From contig OZ024742.1 of assembly GCA_964016885.1 (NCBI GenBank), positions 87,048,001 to 87,112,000 on the forward strand: DNA of 64,000 nucleotides, written 5' to 3'. Below the pieces are notes generated by a model, which was given only the letters and a program-made list of their open reading frames with translations, ran no database searches and was not told the DNA's origin. Shown here one piece after another: positions 30,001 to 47,134 of this stretch. Positions within the stretch are counted from its first letter, which is position 1. Each line of letters opens with the position of its first letter. The stretch is from Eledone cirrhosa. Its lineage: Eukaryota. Made by a program: the position numbers and the translations under genes.

Positions 30001-30359
30001 TATATATATATACGCACGTATAACAGAAATATATATTTATATCAGAAATATTTATATTACTTTTTAAGTAAACAGTAATCACTGATATACTAACTGGGTC
30101 GACAATAACAACTGGGTCCGATAAACTATAAATAATTTGAATGATTTAAAACAATAATTATTGTTTATATACTATTACCTTGTTTGTGAAAAACTGAAAT
30201 ACTAAATAATCATTTAAATATGAACTGGTATTATTGATACTAACCAGTGAAACAAGCCAGCTTGTGGCAACTCTTAAACAACACCTGAAATAAAAGAAAA
30301 TACATTAACCTATTGAAAGAAACTTAAACCAAGTCAACAGCATATATCAAAATAGATTT

Positions 30360-31300
30360 GGGAACTACACGCTGTATAGGCATATTGCAGGGAGTTAAGC
30401 AGGGATATGCATTATCAGTACTTCTGTTCTGTATAGTTATAGCTGCACCTATCTACCAAATTGAAGAATAATCAAACAGGAGGTAAAATCAAATAGGAGG
30501 TACAATCATATCAAATCTTAGATATACAGATGATCTGGCCTTCATGAGTTACTCTAGAACAGATCTGCAAGACATTCTGAATGTACTGTCCAAATATTCT
30601 CTAGAGACTGTCTCACACATCAACATCTCTAAATGTATGACAACTGATAAACTAATGCCAATTTTCAACTAACAATCTACAACCAGCAAATTGCTCAAGT
30701 TACGTAGTTTGTATATGTCGGTCACAAACTATCATGAAACAACTATGGAAAGGTTGCTGCGTAGTATCTCATCGCTCTAGGTTGGGCAGCTTTCAAGAAG
30801 AACGAGGAATCACTAACATCAAAACGAGTTTCTACCATTTGAAGGCTAAGATCTTTGATACTTACATCCGTCGAGTTGTGTTATATGGTCTTAAATGTGT
30901 TAATTGGACGACAAGGCCACATCAGAAGCTCTCTACGTTCCAGAACCACATCATGAGATGTATGACTGGCAAGCGGCTCGGCAACCTCATCTATATCAGT
31001 AAGCTGCTCAACTTTATCAAAATTAGAGCAATTACATCAATTGTCAAGTCAAGAGTACTCAAACTATTCGACCATATAAAAAGATCAACCCGTGGTGTGA
31101 GTAGGTTATGCGTGGAAGGAAGGTTGGCTGGTAGGAGAATCAGAGGCCGGCTGCCAAAACGATGGCTAGACAATGTCAACTTATGGACTGGACTTGATCT
31201 CTGCTCTTTGAACTCTGCTGCTGGTGAACGAACTTTGTGGAGAGAGATATCTCATGCTGATGCGCACTTTGCAACCGTTGGAGTTTAGTGTCACAAGACG
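30360..31300 (+). pseudogene. RTE-like LINE RT 3' fragment
   Basis: GVKQG..LS..LF, LRYTDDLAF, C-terminal GRRIRGRLPKRWLDNV..W. Stops and frameshifts present. Confidence 0.8.
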
Positions 31301-31807
31301 TGTATTGATGTATTATTTATACAATTACCACATTTTTTGTCGAATGTAAATTGTGATAGGAAACTAAAGATCACATATGTTTTAGATGATACTTGAGTCG
31401 CGTATGAATTTATCAATATATTTGACGAATATATTTATCCTAGCAAAGTAGATATTATATACAATATAATCAAAACCTGATAACTTGCATTGGTCATGGC
31501 ATGAAATATTCAAGAAACTAAATGGGCTATAAATAACTCACATTCTATGTAAGTCATTCTCTGTTCGATAACAGTTTATTTTTAGAATTATCTGCACACA
31601 CAATAAATATGATATACGATACATATCCCTTATATCAATAATATTCAAATTACACATGACTTGCGCAAACAAATCAAATACTAAACGAAAAGTCTAAACC
31701 TATAAAATATACAAGAATTTTGCACTAAACTAATCAGATTATCAGAAACAGAAAGCATCACTCAATTCAGGAACAAGGCACTGCATCATGGGATCCAATG
31801 GAAACGC

Positions 31808-31941
31808 ATTTAAAAGAAATAATTGTTTCTACTTTTGGCACCAGCCCAGCAATTATCCCAGTGCATTACTGGTACTTTATTTTATCGACCCAGTAATGAT
31901 GAAAGGCAAATTTAACCTCCGCGGGATTTAAAAGAAATAAT
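31808..31941 (-). mobile_element. 5'-truncated SINE with 16-bp TSD
   Basis: ATTTAAAAGAAATAAT at 31808-31823 and 31926-31941. Confidence 0.9.
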
Positions 31942-33342
31942 AATAAGCATTATTATTCTTAGTGTTATTTTAATGGACAAGATGACCTAAATTTGCAATG
32001 GGCAAGGGCAGTGGGTATGTATATAGAAGGTAAACGTGGGAAAAGTAACAAATAAAGTAAATAACGTCATTCCCCAGTAGGTAGAATCATCTAGCAGGAA
32101 AATATTGGGGACTCACAAATCCCAAACCAACAGTTGAATGAGCACCCCATACTTGCCCTTGTTTTGACATGTAAACAGAACTATGGACACACCTTTTTCT
32201 ATATGATTACCCTTCATCAGTGCAGTTTACTGCTTACCTGCCAACTGTCAGAGCTAGTGTAAATATATATTTTCTGAAATGTACAGTAACTGATTTGCCT
32301 GATTTGCATACTATTTTATCGGTAGATGGAGAGCTGCAAATCAAGCAAGTCGGCGAAATCATAACAGATCTATACTCAACGCAGCCAGAATTGACTTCCT
32401 TCTGTCCTCCACATCACTGCCATAAACAGATACATATCACACAAAATGTTATTTCACATATAAAATGAGATGCGACGTATCCACGAAGAGAAAGGTAGTT
32501 TTGCAATGTCGTAAAATCAATTTATAAACAGAACATCTTACCAAATATCTGCAGGACCCAAAAACTAGCAACTTAAACAAGCGCTCAAAATGTACCCCCT
32601 TAAATGTCCACACATCAGCAATAGCACCACATACTAGGTGTCTGGCTACCCGGTGTTATATTTCCTTTATTCAACTCCTTCGGTCGGGAACCAGCTTTTG
32701 TAAATGCATATGCTCCAGTAACATCCTCACCGACAACAATACGGACACATCTATATCGATGATGCCCATTTAATCGGATTAAATAAACCATCACCAACCT
32801 CCTCATCCTTGGTAAAACACTAATCTCAAATACGGTAACAATGACAAAGGCGTATCTAGCGCTTAATTTGCCACCATACTTAATACAGGCAATTGATTGA
32901 TAAGGAGTTTATTAATAACAGATGTTAATCCAAATGTCAATAATACATTGAAGAACGAAGTCAAATGGCTAATGTAATCCGACCAAAATCTAATGAAATA
33001 AATAATAAATTCAGTACAAACCGACCACAGCCAATGTCGAACAATTGACTACTAATCATAGTTAAAAGCAATTTAGAATATCCAACCGTCACCCCACCAT
33101 GGACCTAGCGACAGTACATGTACTACTGTCTGCTCGCCGATAATTATCTGTCACGAATCCTCAAGTATAACCTAAGTTAAAAAAAAGCAACTGCCCAAAA
33201 TTCTACTTGCCTGCTACAGCCTCAGTAGAAGAAACACTACAACCTAGTGACTCTGTCAGCTCAAAGGACATTCATTACTTTCTGTTGTTTTTTTTTGTTT
33301 TTAAATTGCAAACGTGTACCTGGTTTTTACAAATTATTGAAA

Positions 33343-33562
33343 TGCGGTGGATTGGCAGTAATGCAAGAGCGACGAACAGCATGCATTGCATCATATAGTT
33401 ACGTTTCTCTGCGTTATGTGTTCACATTTATCCGAAGTATGCTTTGCCTTTCATCCTCACAGAGTCAGTGAAAACAGCACCTTAAGGCACTTGGCTTGAT
33501 TTCATCCACTTTCCCCAACATCAAAAGTGTTGGCCTTGTGCCTAAATTAGAAAGCATTATTA
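33343..33562 (+). mobile_element. Older, longer SINE subfamily copy
   Basis: GCGGTGGATTGGCAGTA head, TTGCCTTTCATCC core and GGCCTTGTGCCTAAATTAGAAA tail, with an extra internal segment. Confidence 0.75.
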
Positions 33563-33967
33563 CAAAATAAACAATTATTATATATGGTTTGCTTAGTTGC
33601 CCACGCCTTTTTTGAAACTCTCTCATTACTTTGCAGTCAGTGGAATCCATAGGAACGATTCGTTCCAATATTATCATACTTATTCTGTGACATTTCGAAC
33701 ACTTCCATACATATGTAGAGCTCTGACGGGTGCTTTTCCATATCCCACTGAAAGACACGGACACATATATTCATGCATGCTTGCATTATCCCGCAAGACC
33801 TGACGGAGCCGTAGGGTTACCGTATATTAATACGGCCTCTGTAAGTTATGTTTAAAACTCGGTGTAGCCCAATCCTCTCCAGATTTGAATACAGCCGATT
33901 TCTTACCTGGGAAGAAAGTGAGAGTAGGAGGTTGGAAATGAGGAAATGAGATATTGTGTAAGAAATG

Positions 33968-34120
33968 TCTCCAGTATTTGACTGGTACATTTTATTAATC
34001 TCGAATGGATGAAAGGCAAATTTAACCTCGGCACCATTTCAACCCAGTGAGCAAAGTGTGGAAACGAATTCCAGAAATTATTCTATCGTGAATTCGAGCT
34101 TCTCAGCCATTTCACCCTCT
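33968..34120 (-). mobile_element. Diverged SINE fragment
   Basis: CTGGTACATTTTATT..GGATGAAAGGCAAATTTAACCTCGG. Confidence 0.65.
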
Positions 34121-34779
34121 TAAGACAGGAATATAAAACTTAGAACACAAATCAATGTTGAGCATACTCGTATCATGCATGAATATGACACATATTGACG
34201 TATACATGTTTATATGTGTGTGTGTGTGAACGCGCATGCGTATATGTCGGTATATTTCCTTGAAGCATGAAAGTAAAAGAAGTTGTAGTGAAACATGTAA
34301 TAGGCAGATATACGTAAATATGAGTAAAAATATGGCTAATAAACGATATATACATACAGGTTAAATTTTAACATTATAGTAATACTCCTGAGGATATTAT
34401 CAACTGGCAATCAATTGTGGAAAAGTTATTTTTTTAATGGATTTTGGAAGGACTGTCAACTCTTCCCGTCCGATTAGGAGACGTCCTACACAATTTGGGG
34501 CAGGTGAGAAATGTTTTCTTTTCAGAGAATGTTTATAGCTTTTATTGTGTAAAATGTAGCCATATTGCCTCACTTCTCTCCATTTGAGGGACGCTTTTTC
34601 TTGGCACTTCCAGTTTGGGTTGTTAGAGTTTGGCAAGTCTCTTAGTAAGCTTAATGGAAACACTATCATCAAGAGAATTTATTTATCAAACATTATGCGG
34701 ACGACAGACACGCAAGTATTCTCGTCCATCATATTCTACATGTCATTGATGTAATCTCTATCTGGTTTATTATTAAACA

Positions 34780-35270
34780 TTATCATCTTCAGCTGAGAAT
34801 ACGGATGTCCTAGTCAGTTGCAGGGGACGCAAATCAGTAGGTTTTGATGGTCTACCCAACGAGAGTTACATAGATATGCCAATCTTGTTCTCCGATCTTC
34901 TCGAATAACTCGACTGAATCTGGCAGCAGAAGGCGAGTGTTCCCAATTCTGTGAGGCGGGGCTTAGTGACACTGGTCAGGAAAGACGAGAAAAAGAGGCA
35001 ACCGTTAGACAACTTCAGGCCCATAACTCTGCTGAGTTTACAATTTTGGCTGAAAGGTTAGCGAAATGGTTGGCGCTTGTCTTCGCAATCCTGACCAGTT
35101 CCATACATGAAACCATCAACCTCATGCGATACATCATAGAGAGATTGGTGTGTAAAATGTGGCTTCGATGGGGCTCTGGTCAATTTAGATCAATCGAAAG
35201 ATTTAGATAGGATCGACCATTAATACGTGGAGGCTGTCCTCAAGGCAGCTCTCCTCGATCCCTTCATCAG
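34780..35270 (+). pseudogene. Decayed L1/Tx1-like RT fragment
   Basis: LVTLVRKDEKKRQPLDNFRPITLL and ALVNLDQSKDLDRIDH*YVEAVLKAA. Confidence 0.7.
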
Positions 35271-35699
35271 ATAATATATGAAGATGAATTTCTTTTAATA
35301 CTGGAAGTACATGAGACCTTGAGGAATCTCTTCTCTGTTATTGGAAATAATTAACATTGTTTGGAGTGCTTTATTATGGTTATGTTTGTTTACTGACATT
35401 GTTATTTGTTTCGAATATAAGGTCTTCTAAGGTAGCAAGTGTCGACTTCTGTAAACATGGAACACAACCATGTTATCTTTGCATGTGTTTGTATGTCCGT
35501 TTGCATACATATATGTTTGATGCGAATTTTGTGTATGCAAATATTTGTTTTATAACAATGTTATTCCCATATTACCTAAACATATGTCACATATTTCGCG
35601 TGTAGCAAACACTTTTCAAAATATGACAAACATTTAATATCTTGTTAAACTTCATTGCTACATGATTTTCGTCATCAATCATTTCATATATAAACTGTT

Positions 35700-36050
35700 A
35701 CGTGCAATTTAGATATTATCGCCCACTTAACGGATATCTATTTCGAGGTACACGATGATAGGCGATTATTTAATCCGAATTACTTTCAGCTGATCATTAC
35801 AGTATCCCCCTATCTATAATTGCCTCTCTAATCATTTTAACATATATGATTGTTGTCGCTGTTGTCGGCCACTCATTTATCAAATGCAAAGTGGAAACGA
35901 ATTCAGCAGTTATTGATTTCACATATTCAAGATAAGGAATTTGAAAGATATTTGCGTCTAACACCAGATAAGTCAACACCTCCACTATCTACGGAATTAA
36001 TTACAATGTATGCTAACACGTGCGTTGTGGACATTATAGCGGAATGTGTT
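35700..36050 (+). pseudogene. Possible highly decayed hAT (Buster-like) transposase fragment
   Basis: HLSNAKWKRIQQLLISHIQ..RLTPDKST loosely resembles PLSNxTxxRRI..QL..LxLDEST. Weak. Confidence 0.2.
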
Positions 36051-36259
36051 CACTTTTGTTGGTTTCATTCCACGTTGTATTATGTTTCAACTTGGAACAT
36101 TTCACCGCAATCATCAGTGAGTGATTTCTGATACCAGAGTTATTAGATCGTAAACATAATTTTCAAGCCTATCATTTTATGCTTCGATGAAAATGCATCT
36201 TATATTTCATATCTATTTGCCGTGATATATACATGGGAGTGTATGTGATTGTTTGTTTG

Positions 36260-37790
<1,531 letters not shown>

Positions 37791-38511
37791 ATAATAAAAT
37801 AATAAATACTAGCGTCATTATTAAGAACACCATGCTGTTTCATCTCAAAAGGTTTCAATATTATGTGATATACGACTTCATTGTAACATCCATCTGATAT
37901 CAACGTGTGCTGCAGAATATTGGTATTGCCACATTTGAACGTAATATAATATTTATGCAGCTATGTATTCTCATATTCGCATGGCAGGTGCAATTAGTAC
38001 GTAAGACCTTTCCATGAACACTGAAATTTAAGCTTTGTTGTCAAAGTTTATCCTGCATATATTTATACAAATAAACCGGTTGCAGTCCCATATTCCGAAA
38101 TATAAATACATAAATACAGCAAATATAAACCGAATATGGATAACAGAAAAGAATGAGTACATAAATGAAACTACATTTACCAAATAAATCGTGAAACTGA
38201 TTATAAGTGAAAAATAAAATACAACGAGAATAAAAATATATTCATAAGTACTTTAACATACATGACTATATATAACCAAATCAACACCAAAAATCAATAT
38301 AATGGGCATAAAATAAGATGTTGAAACTATAAGAAATATAAAAATTATATATTTGGAGGCTTATGAATTGTCTTTTTGACAATTTACACAAAATTCTTTT
38401 CACATATGAAAATAACCTAAAATTTAAATAACATTTCGAAAATGGAAAAGTATTAATAAGTTAAATATCAAATTAGATTACCTCAATGTGAATGTGTCCG
38501 AGAATCCTATA

Positions 38512-40116
38512 CATTGCCCCGCAAAAGTTTACAACACATTAGGAAAAATGCAGTTTTAGGTATTTTTAATAAAGTTAGGGTAATGAAAATGTAACTATTC
38601 ATAGAACATATAATGAGGCATTTAATGATACAATCATATTTTAAAAAAAATAACAAGGAAATAACACATGAAGAAAAATCAATATTTTTATAACGCAAAA
38701 GTTTACAACACATTTTATATTTATCGCTTTTTTTCAAGAAAATTCTTAAATTTTCAGATTTAAAATTCAGTAGAATGTTCTAGATTAGGTTTAGGGTAAC
38801 TTCTAAGAAACTATTAAAAACATTACATCATTATTTGTCTGACAACCATCCTGTAAACATTGACAACCGTCCTGTAAACACGGACAATATGGGGAAAAAT
38901 AAACTGATTGATCAAGACCTCTGTAAACGCATTGTTGACCTTCATACAAATGGTGTTGGTTATAGAAATATATCTTGTCAGCTAAATGTGCCATTGAGTT
39001 CAGTTGGTACAATAATTCGTCACTGGAAATCTCATCATTTCATATATCCTCTAATTAGTTGTGGTTGTCCTAGAAAGTTAACGGAACGTGCAGCTCGGTT
39101 ATTGACGAGAAAGGTTGGCAACGAACCATGGTGTACTCTTAAAAATCTTCAGGATGGCCTAGAAGCTAGTGGAGTAAAAGTAATCACAGATACAATTAGC
39201 CGTTCTCTTCGTCGATATAATATCTTCCCGAGGTCTCCAAGGAAAACACCACTTCTTACGAGGAAACACGTTCTTCGTCGATTAAACTTTGCAAATGAGC
39301 ATGTCATCAAACCTGCGTCATTTTGGGAAGATGTACTTTAGTCGGACGAAACAAAAATTGAACTTTTTGGTCAGAATGCTGTGGCAAAAGTCTGGAGAAA
39401 GAAAGGTACTGAATATTCGCTGGAGAATACTATTCCAACTGTAAAATTTGGAGGTGGATCAATCATGGTCTGGAGTTGCTTTAGTGCCACATGAGTAGGA
39501 AATATTGAAATAATAGAAGGAAGAATGGATGGCGCTTATTATAGAGGTATTTTGCAAAGGAATTTACATCAAAGTGCACATTCTCTCAGCTTAAAGCCAG
39601 GTTGATTTTTTCAACAAGATAATAATCCAAAGCATACTGCAAAGCTAACACAATCTTGGTTAAGTACGAATGGAATAAATGTTCTAAAATGGCCAAGTCA
39701 GTCTCTAGATCTTAACCCGATCGAAAATTTGTTGAGAGAATTCAAAAAAGGAAACCCCAAAATATCCCTGAACTAAAGAAAATTTGCTGTGAAGAATGGA
39801 TAAATATTAGCCAAGATACATGCAAGAAGTTTGTAGGAGGCTACTCCAAACGCCCTACAGGCTGTAATTAGCAACAAAGGTTACGCTACGAAATATTAAG
39901 AGATGATTTAATAAATGTGCTGTAAACTTTTGCGTAATAAAAATATTGATTTTTCTTCATGAGTTATTTCCTTGTTATTTTTAAAAACTATGATTGTATT
40001 ATTAAATGCCTCATTATATGTTCTATCGGTAGTTAAATTTTCATTACCCTAACTTTATTAAAAATACCTAAAACCGCATTTTTTCCTAATGTGTTGTAAA
40101 CTTTTGCGGGGCACTG
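38512..40116 (+). mobile_element. Full-length Tc1-family DNA transposon (IR/DR type), TA TSD
   Basis: ~210-bp TIRs (CA[T/G]TGCCCCGCAAAAGTTTACAACACATT..) with an internal direct repeat of CGCAAAAGTTTACAACACATT. TA at 38510-38511 and 40117-40118. Confidence 0.95.
38889..39899 (+). pseudogene. Tc1 transposase (DD34E), inactivated
   Basis: MGKNK.. HTH region, then [20 protein letters not shown] and SLDLNPIEN with 34 residues between D and E. At least three in-frame stops and a 3' frameshift. Confidence 0.93.
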
Positions 40117-40199
40117 TACATATAAACCGGGTAGAACACAAATAAACCAATCTATCACTGTCATTATCTCCGTCTCTCCCTCTCTACCCATCTCTCATT

Positions 40200-40275
40200 G
40201 GTCGATAAAATAAAGTACCAGTAATGCACTGGGTTATTGCTCGGCTTGTGCCAAAAGTAGAAACAATTATTATTG
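40200..40275 (+). mobile_element. SINE 3' fragment
   Basis: GGTCGATAAAATAAAGTACCAG..GTGCCAAAAGTAGAAACAATTATT. Confidence 0.85.
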
Positions 40276-43200
40276 CCAAATTGGGACCCACGCACTGGCT
40301 GTGCCCTGGCCCTGGCGGATGGAATGTAGAGTGCGTTCCTCCGGAGGAATATGATGGAGTCGATCTGGCAGAGCCATTCCAGCTCGAACGAAAATAAGTT
40401 GATATGAATAGAAGAGAATGGAAGGAAACATAATGAAAGAATGCAAGAGAGTAGTTATATAGGAATGGATGAAAGGGAAAGAAAACTGATGAATTCAGAA
40501 TAATAAACTAGCAAAGAGAGGAATATTAGAAGAAATAATAATGAACAATAGTTCTATATTATTCGTTAAAATCAAGATCTCAAATACAAGTGTTCGCAAT
40601 ATTGAATTTTTCAATATTTACTAAATTACGTGTGTAGTTTGCAATATTACTGTCTGTTGCATCATTTAAGCCATATTGCGTAAATGAAAATAATGATAAA
40701 ATCAAGTAATTCATTCATATTGGCAAACGTTGCCTCCCCGCATTTTACTTTTTATAATGTAGAGATGTTAACCTCACCTTTTACCTAATATATACTATTT
40801 GACTATAATGAGACAGATATATTAAAGGGAATCACCAGTATTAAACTGGGTAAACGGTTGGTCCAAGATAGAATGCTACGATGTATGTATATACGTGTTT
40901 AAGTTAGTTGCCATAGTGTTTTTATTTACACGTATTTCACGGTTTGTAATTACATCACACGCTTTTGGCCAAAAATATCACAGTTACATCTTGGAGACCG
41001 AGATATATTTACATGCCTAATTATTGACCATTTACGTTTAAATTCTAATTTAGTATCCCTTAGTGTTCAAATATTCCAATTTGTACGCCTCTTTAGCTGA
41101 GGCATTATCCATATGGCCTCATGAACACCCTGATTACTGCGCGTATTTCATATTTCCAATATTTTACAATTTTGTATACACATAAATCTATCACCAAAAC
41201 TTACGAATTTATAATCTTCTTTGCAACACTTGACATTATTTTATTATTAATCGCCACTCCTAGATATAGAATGACAACCAACATAAATCATTTGTCTTCT
41301 ATCATATAGTTTAAATTCCTTTTCCACAACGATTAACTACGTTAATACAAACATGTTGTAAGCAAGTTATCAATTTTAAATGTAACATTCTCGCCACAAA
41401 ACAAAGCACAATTTAGAAATGCAAAAGAAAATTATTACGTCATTGTTCGTGATTCAAAATCATGTACTATATCCCTTACAATACATAATTAAGCTCATAA
41501 TAATTAAGCTCAGAATAACCATACCACTACAAATACAATTCATTACAAGAACATACTTCAACATTTCATATTACTTAATATGTTGCCACCCTCCTCCGAT
41601 CCCCAATATTATCACTTCCCGACCTTTGTTAACATATATAATTGTTAATTATTTTAACGTAGTTTCTCTTTTACTTCTTCATATTTGCATTTAAAAACTT
41701 GGCAATCAGTAGATAAAAAGAAAAGACTACCATTCACAAGTATAAGTACCTCTTTTAAATAACATTATAGAAGTCGATAATATTTATTTATTTACATAAA
41801 CACACAAACAGCCTCACCCACAATCCAGTGATAATCAAGAATATCATAAAATAATGAGCCATTGCATTTGTATTTATATTTGCCACCATCATTACACCCC
41901 TAGCATCAGCACAAACACGAAGAAATAATAAATGATGCACTCGTTTCTCACTTTTAAATGAAGGAGATATGAAATCTCGATAATTGCTTAAAAGTGAGAA
42001 ACTGTTGCATCATCGGTTACTTTCCCTTACATTTGTTGAGACTAGGTGTGTAACGATGGTCATTACGTTAAAGCGGAAAGCCTGCAAATGTTTTTCATAA
42101 ACATTCCATATATTATTCATCATACAATTGTACATGTAGGAACAGCAGTATATATATATTTAAATAAGCCTGGCCAGCTGACGTTCAATATTTAAATGAG
42201 ATTCAACAGCTCAGAAAGGTAAGCATAATTCTATAAGAATCCAGCTTCCTTTAGCTTCAGCATAAGCTGGAATATATTTAATCCCGATAAACGTTAACAT
42301 GGGGGGGGGGGGGGGTATTTCATCATCGATTGCTTCCTCGTGTTTAAGCTGAGGCAAGGTGTACGACGTTGATCTCAACATTAAAAATTCAAAGCGAAAG
42401 GCCTTCAAATATTTTACAAAAATGCCCAGCGTTAATCAAAATACCACACGTACATCTTATGTATATATCTATGTATGAGCGGCAATACAAAATCTTAACT
42501 GCGTTCATTGGAAATATTTCACCGCTTATTTATTGTCATAAAATAATGTAACAGAGGCATGAGAACCAGAACGGGGTAAAACGTGCCTCGGCTAATACTT
42601 TTACCCGATTTTGGAGGCGTATACGTACTGCTTCTAGACGATACGCTGTACACAAATGTACGAATGAAAACTATTAATATGAATTAATTTGCATATTCCA
42701 TCGCCATTCTCTAAACCAGTGATGATCTATATACAAATATATATCTATATACATATCTCTCTCTCTATATATATATGTGTATGTGTTTGTGTGTGTGTGT
42801 GTATGTGTTTGTGTGTGTGTGAGCATGTATGTTTCATTATGTGTGTGCGTGACTGTTTGACTCTCTCTTATCTTGTAGCAGCTTGTTCGGCCGTACATAG
42901 AAAATATATTTCGTAAGCGCAATATATTGGTGATAACCTTCACTGACATAAGTGCACATATCGTTCCCCTTCGAAACTTTAATAAAATCAGTTATACACT
43001 AAAAGCCTTTTCCATTGAGTCACAGGTACAAACACGTGGGTCAATGCGCAAATTACATACGGATAGTATTTAATCTACAAATTAAAATGACGTATTTCAG
43101 GGAGAACAAATACAATGAAAAAAAGGATGAGACAGGTTCGTACAGCATATTCTCAGAAGGGCATACATACTGACACACTGGCATAACGTGTCACAAAGAG

Positions 43201-44690
43201 TGTACTCGTGCGGAGCTATACAAATTATTCCAGTCTACTAAATGATATTTAGCCAACATAGTAGTCTAGTTTTCTTAGAAAAACCTTGAAACTATACACT
43301 TTAAATCCAGAACCTCTTGTCCGTTAACTGGTTCTAAAAATAGTTTTTTTTTATATACTTATATATATATATTTAGGTGTGCGTGTTAGAGAGAGAGGGA
43401 GTGAGGGAGAACAAATGTGTGCCTGTGTGTTAGTGCCAGTGTCTGTCTCTGCAATCCTCTATATTCGTACGTGTGTTTATGCGTGTATAACTATTTGTGT
43501 ACTCCCATGCATATATATATATATATATTGACAACATACCAATGATAAAATTACTTCTCTGCTTGTTTACTCTCTAGCATTATTGTGCTTTTCGCAGGCG
43601 CAATTTCCACAAACACTCATTTCAGTGGGTCCTTTAACTGATCCGACTGGATCCCTAAGCGAGACCATTCAATACCATTCCTTTTATCCATATATTTTGC
43701 TCAGCGTGTACTGATGGATCACCTGTCGGTTAGCTTTGCTCTGAAACTGAAATTGGAGCTGACATTTTCATCTAGTCGGAACCCTTTCCTTTAAACACCT
43801 CCTCCGAATTATATTTGGTATACATTTTCTTAGATTTTTTTAATATCGTTTGTACATTGTATTTGACTGTTATTTTGTTCTTCTTCTTAAATATTGATAA
43901 CCGATAACTACTTTTAGTCACTGATAAACTCTTTATTAACGACTTATTGACAGAATTCTAAGTCAACAACTATGGGCTGACATCCAATTATGCAAAATAC
44001 ATCGTTTTCGATGAAGCAAAAGTAGTTAGGAATTATATAAAATAAAATTGTTTTCATATAAACTATGTAGCCAATGTTATTGATTCGACTTTGAAACGTT
44101 AAATGACACGTCATTTCCTCTTATTGAATGCACTTGTCGAAATAATTTTCTGATATATATCTGATACTCAATTAATATATTGATATATAAATTGATTCTT
44201 TAAAATCTAAACAAGCATTTAAATATTATTTGTGTGCTTCGTGTAAGATGAAACATAAACAAAGCTATCCGCTCCAGAAACATTTGTTTATGCAACTACT
44301 CTATATTGGATTTTACAATATAAGCTTAAAACGCAATTCTCTGACGAAATGTGTCACATCTTATGAGGTATCTTTTATTTTTGTTTTTTGTCAACAGAAA
44401 ATTGATTAACAGCAAATTTTAATTTAATAATTTTCTGTAATTTGAAAATTCCAAAACTCTTGAACTACTGCACAATCATTTTAAAGTTAAACATCTCGGA
44501 AAATATAACAATGCAGATGGTATCCGTATATATAATCTCAAAGCATGTAAAATTATTTACACACTCTATTTGTCCTTTGTATTTGGTTAACGTTGTCAGG
44601 CGTAATGGAATATACTTATGTGAAAATATATTTCATTTGTTTCAAGAAATCTGTTTTATTCTGTCACGTATCGCATGATATTGGAATTTC

Positions 44691-44691
<1 letters not shown>

Positions 44692-44773
<82 letters not shown>

Positions 44774-44840
44774 GAGAGAGAGCGAGAGAGGAAGAGAGAG
44801 AAACAGATAGATAGATAGATTGAAAATAGATAGCTAGATA
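44692..44840. repeat. (GA)n/(GATA)n microsatellite
   Basis: Direct reading. Confidence 0.95.
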
Positions 44841-45373
44841 AATGTAAGTGCATTTAATCGCTATAAATAATGTATTTAGAAAATCTACAATCATACACTG
44901 TGTCTAGAAATGAGGCCAGCTGGCGTTATATACACGCAGACAGAAATATACAAACACGCACATACACATTATATTTGTGTGTATGTACCAGTTAATTTGT
45001 GGACGTGTGTGTCAGTATGTATCCGGGAAGAATGTCTACTCATATATATTTTCAATAAATATGATGTATGCTAGTGACGCGCATCTTATATTATTTGCAT
45101 ATGTGCGTACTATTACTACATACATATTTATTGATAAGTAAATATTTAATAAATATATAGTAAATTGAATTTAAGAATCAAGATAACTTGGCCCCCAAAA
45201 TAAACCTAAATTAAAATACTAAATATGAACAATTGAGAGGCCTAAGTACATTAAATTACACTAAACTACAGTGAGAGGCAAAATTTTATGCACATGTTAT
45301 ATATATTAAATCTTACACTTTAGTTAATTAATATACTGATTTACGTGTTTAACCATATCAAGGTACTTTTAAG

Positions 45374-45454
<81 letters not shown>

Positions 45455-45877
45455 CGTGTATGTGGGTGTATGTGTGTGCGTGTGTGTGTGTCTGTTTCTA
45501 TATGTATATGTATATGTTTCTTTTCTGCTGAATTAGGTAAACACACACACAAATGGATATGCATCGCTTTGTGTCGGGATTGTAAAAAACAAAAAAGAAA
45601 CAAAACACACACACTATACATAAAAAAGAAATGTCTTGCAACTGATAATAGATCTATCCGCCATACATTTCCCCACTGATATATTGTAACTCAGGGAATA
45701 TGACTGTTTTGAATAAAATCATCAAATTCGCGCTTGAATATCGTGCTGTATGACTTGTGGATAGATGACAGAAATAAATAAATGTTAACTTAAAAAAAAA
45801 AAATGCCTACAATGTAAGACTGAAATGGAATCGCAGAAATTATAATTATTTCTTGAACAGACACACAACCTAAAGAA

Positions 45878-46052
45878 TGGTAGAGGGTCGGGCGCTATGC
45901 TTTGCAGCATAGTTACGTTCCTTTACGGACTGAGTTCAAATCCCGCCGAGGTTAACTTTACCTTTCATGCTTACGGGGTCGATAAAATAAAGTACCAGTA
46001 ATGCAGTGGATAATTGCTGACCTTGTGCCAAATGTAGAAACACTTATTATTT
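45878..46052 (+). mobile_element. SINE, slightly 5'-truncated
   Basis: B-box GAGTTCAAATCCC, central domain and tail. Confidence 0.9.
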
Positions 46053-46432
46053 TTTTGACTAAATTTCAATATTTCAATAACATATATTTGACATTCGTTT
46101 AACATTTGCTGATCCGTCCTGTTAAATGTTCCTGAAACCTTCCGGATTCATCTCAATCTCTAAATTTTGTTTTAGAAATTCAATCATTTACCACTGAATA
46201 ATTAAGGTACCACATACTCATTAAATACACACACACACACAAACAGAGACACCCGCCACACACACACGCACATATATATATATATATATATATATGAGTG
46301 TGTGTGTGTGTATGTTTGTGCGTGTGTGAATGTATATGTATATGTGTGTGTTCATGTGTGTGTGTGTGTGTACGTAAGCATACTTACATTTATATATCAG
46401 TTGTGCAATGGCGAGAAATACAATTTTAACTT

Positions 46433-46830
<398 letters not shown>

Positions 46831-47041
46831 TCTTATAGCTTGTTCTGATTGATTTTTTATATGGTTAATTATGCTAATTAGAGGAAGAAATAGTATATAT
46901 TTTATTATCTGATGATTCTAAAGACATGATTTATGATATAATGCTCTGATTTTTTAATTTATTAATTCTTCATAGAGCTTACAAGTCAACAGTTGCAATA
47001 TATATATATCTATAACTTTATGTATATGTTAACATTTATAT

Positions 47042-47134
<93 letters not shown>

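Noticed and set aside
32220-33250. Short ORFs in a moderately complex block as host exons
   Set aside because: No recognisable domain or consistent splice and frame pattern.
42301-42315. G15 run as a G-quadruplex or regulatory site
   Set aside because: Isolated homopolymer with no supporting context.
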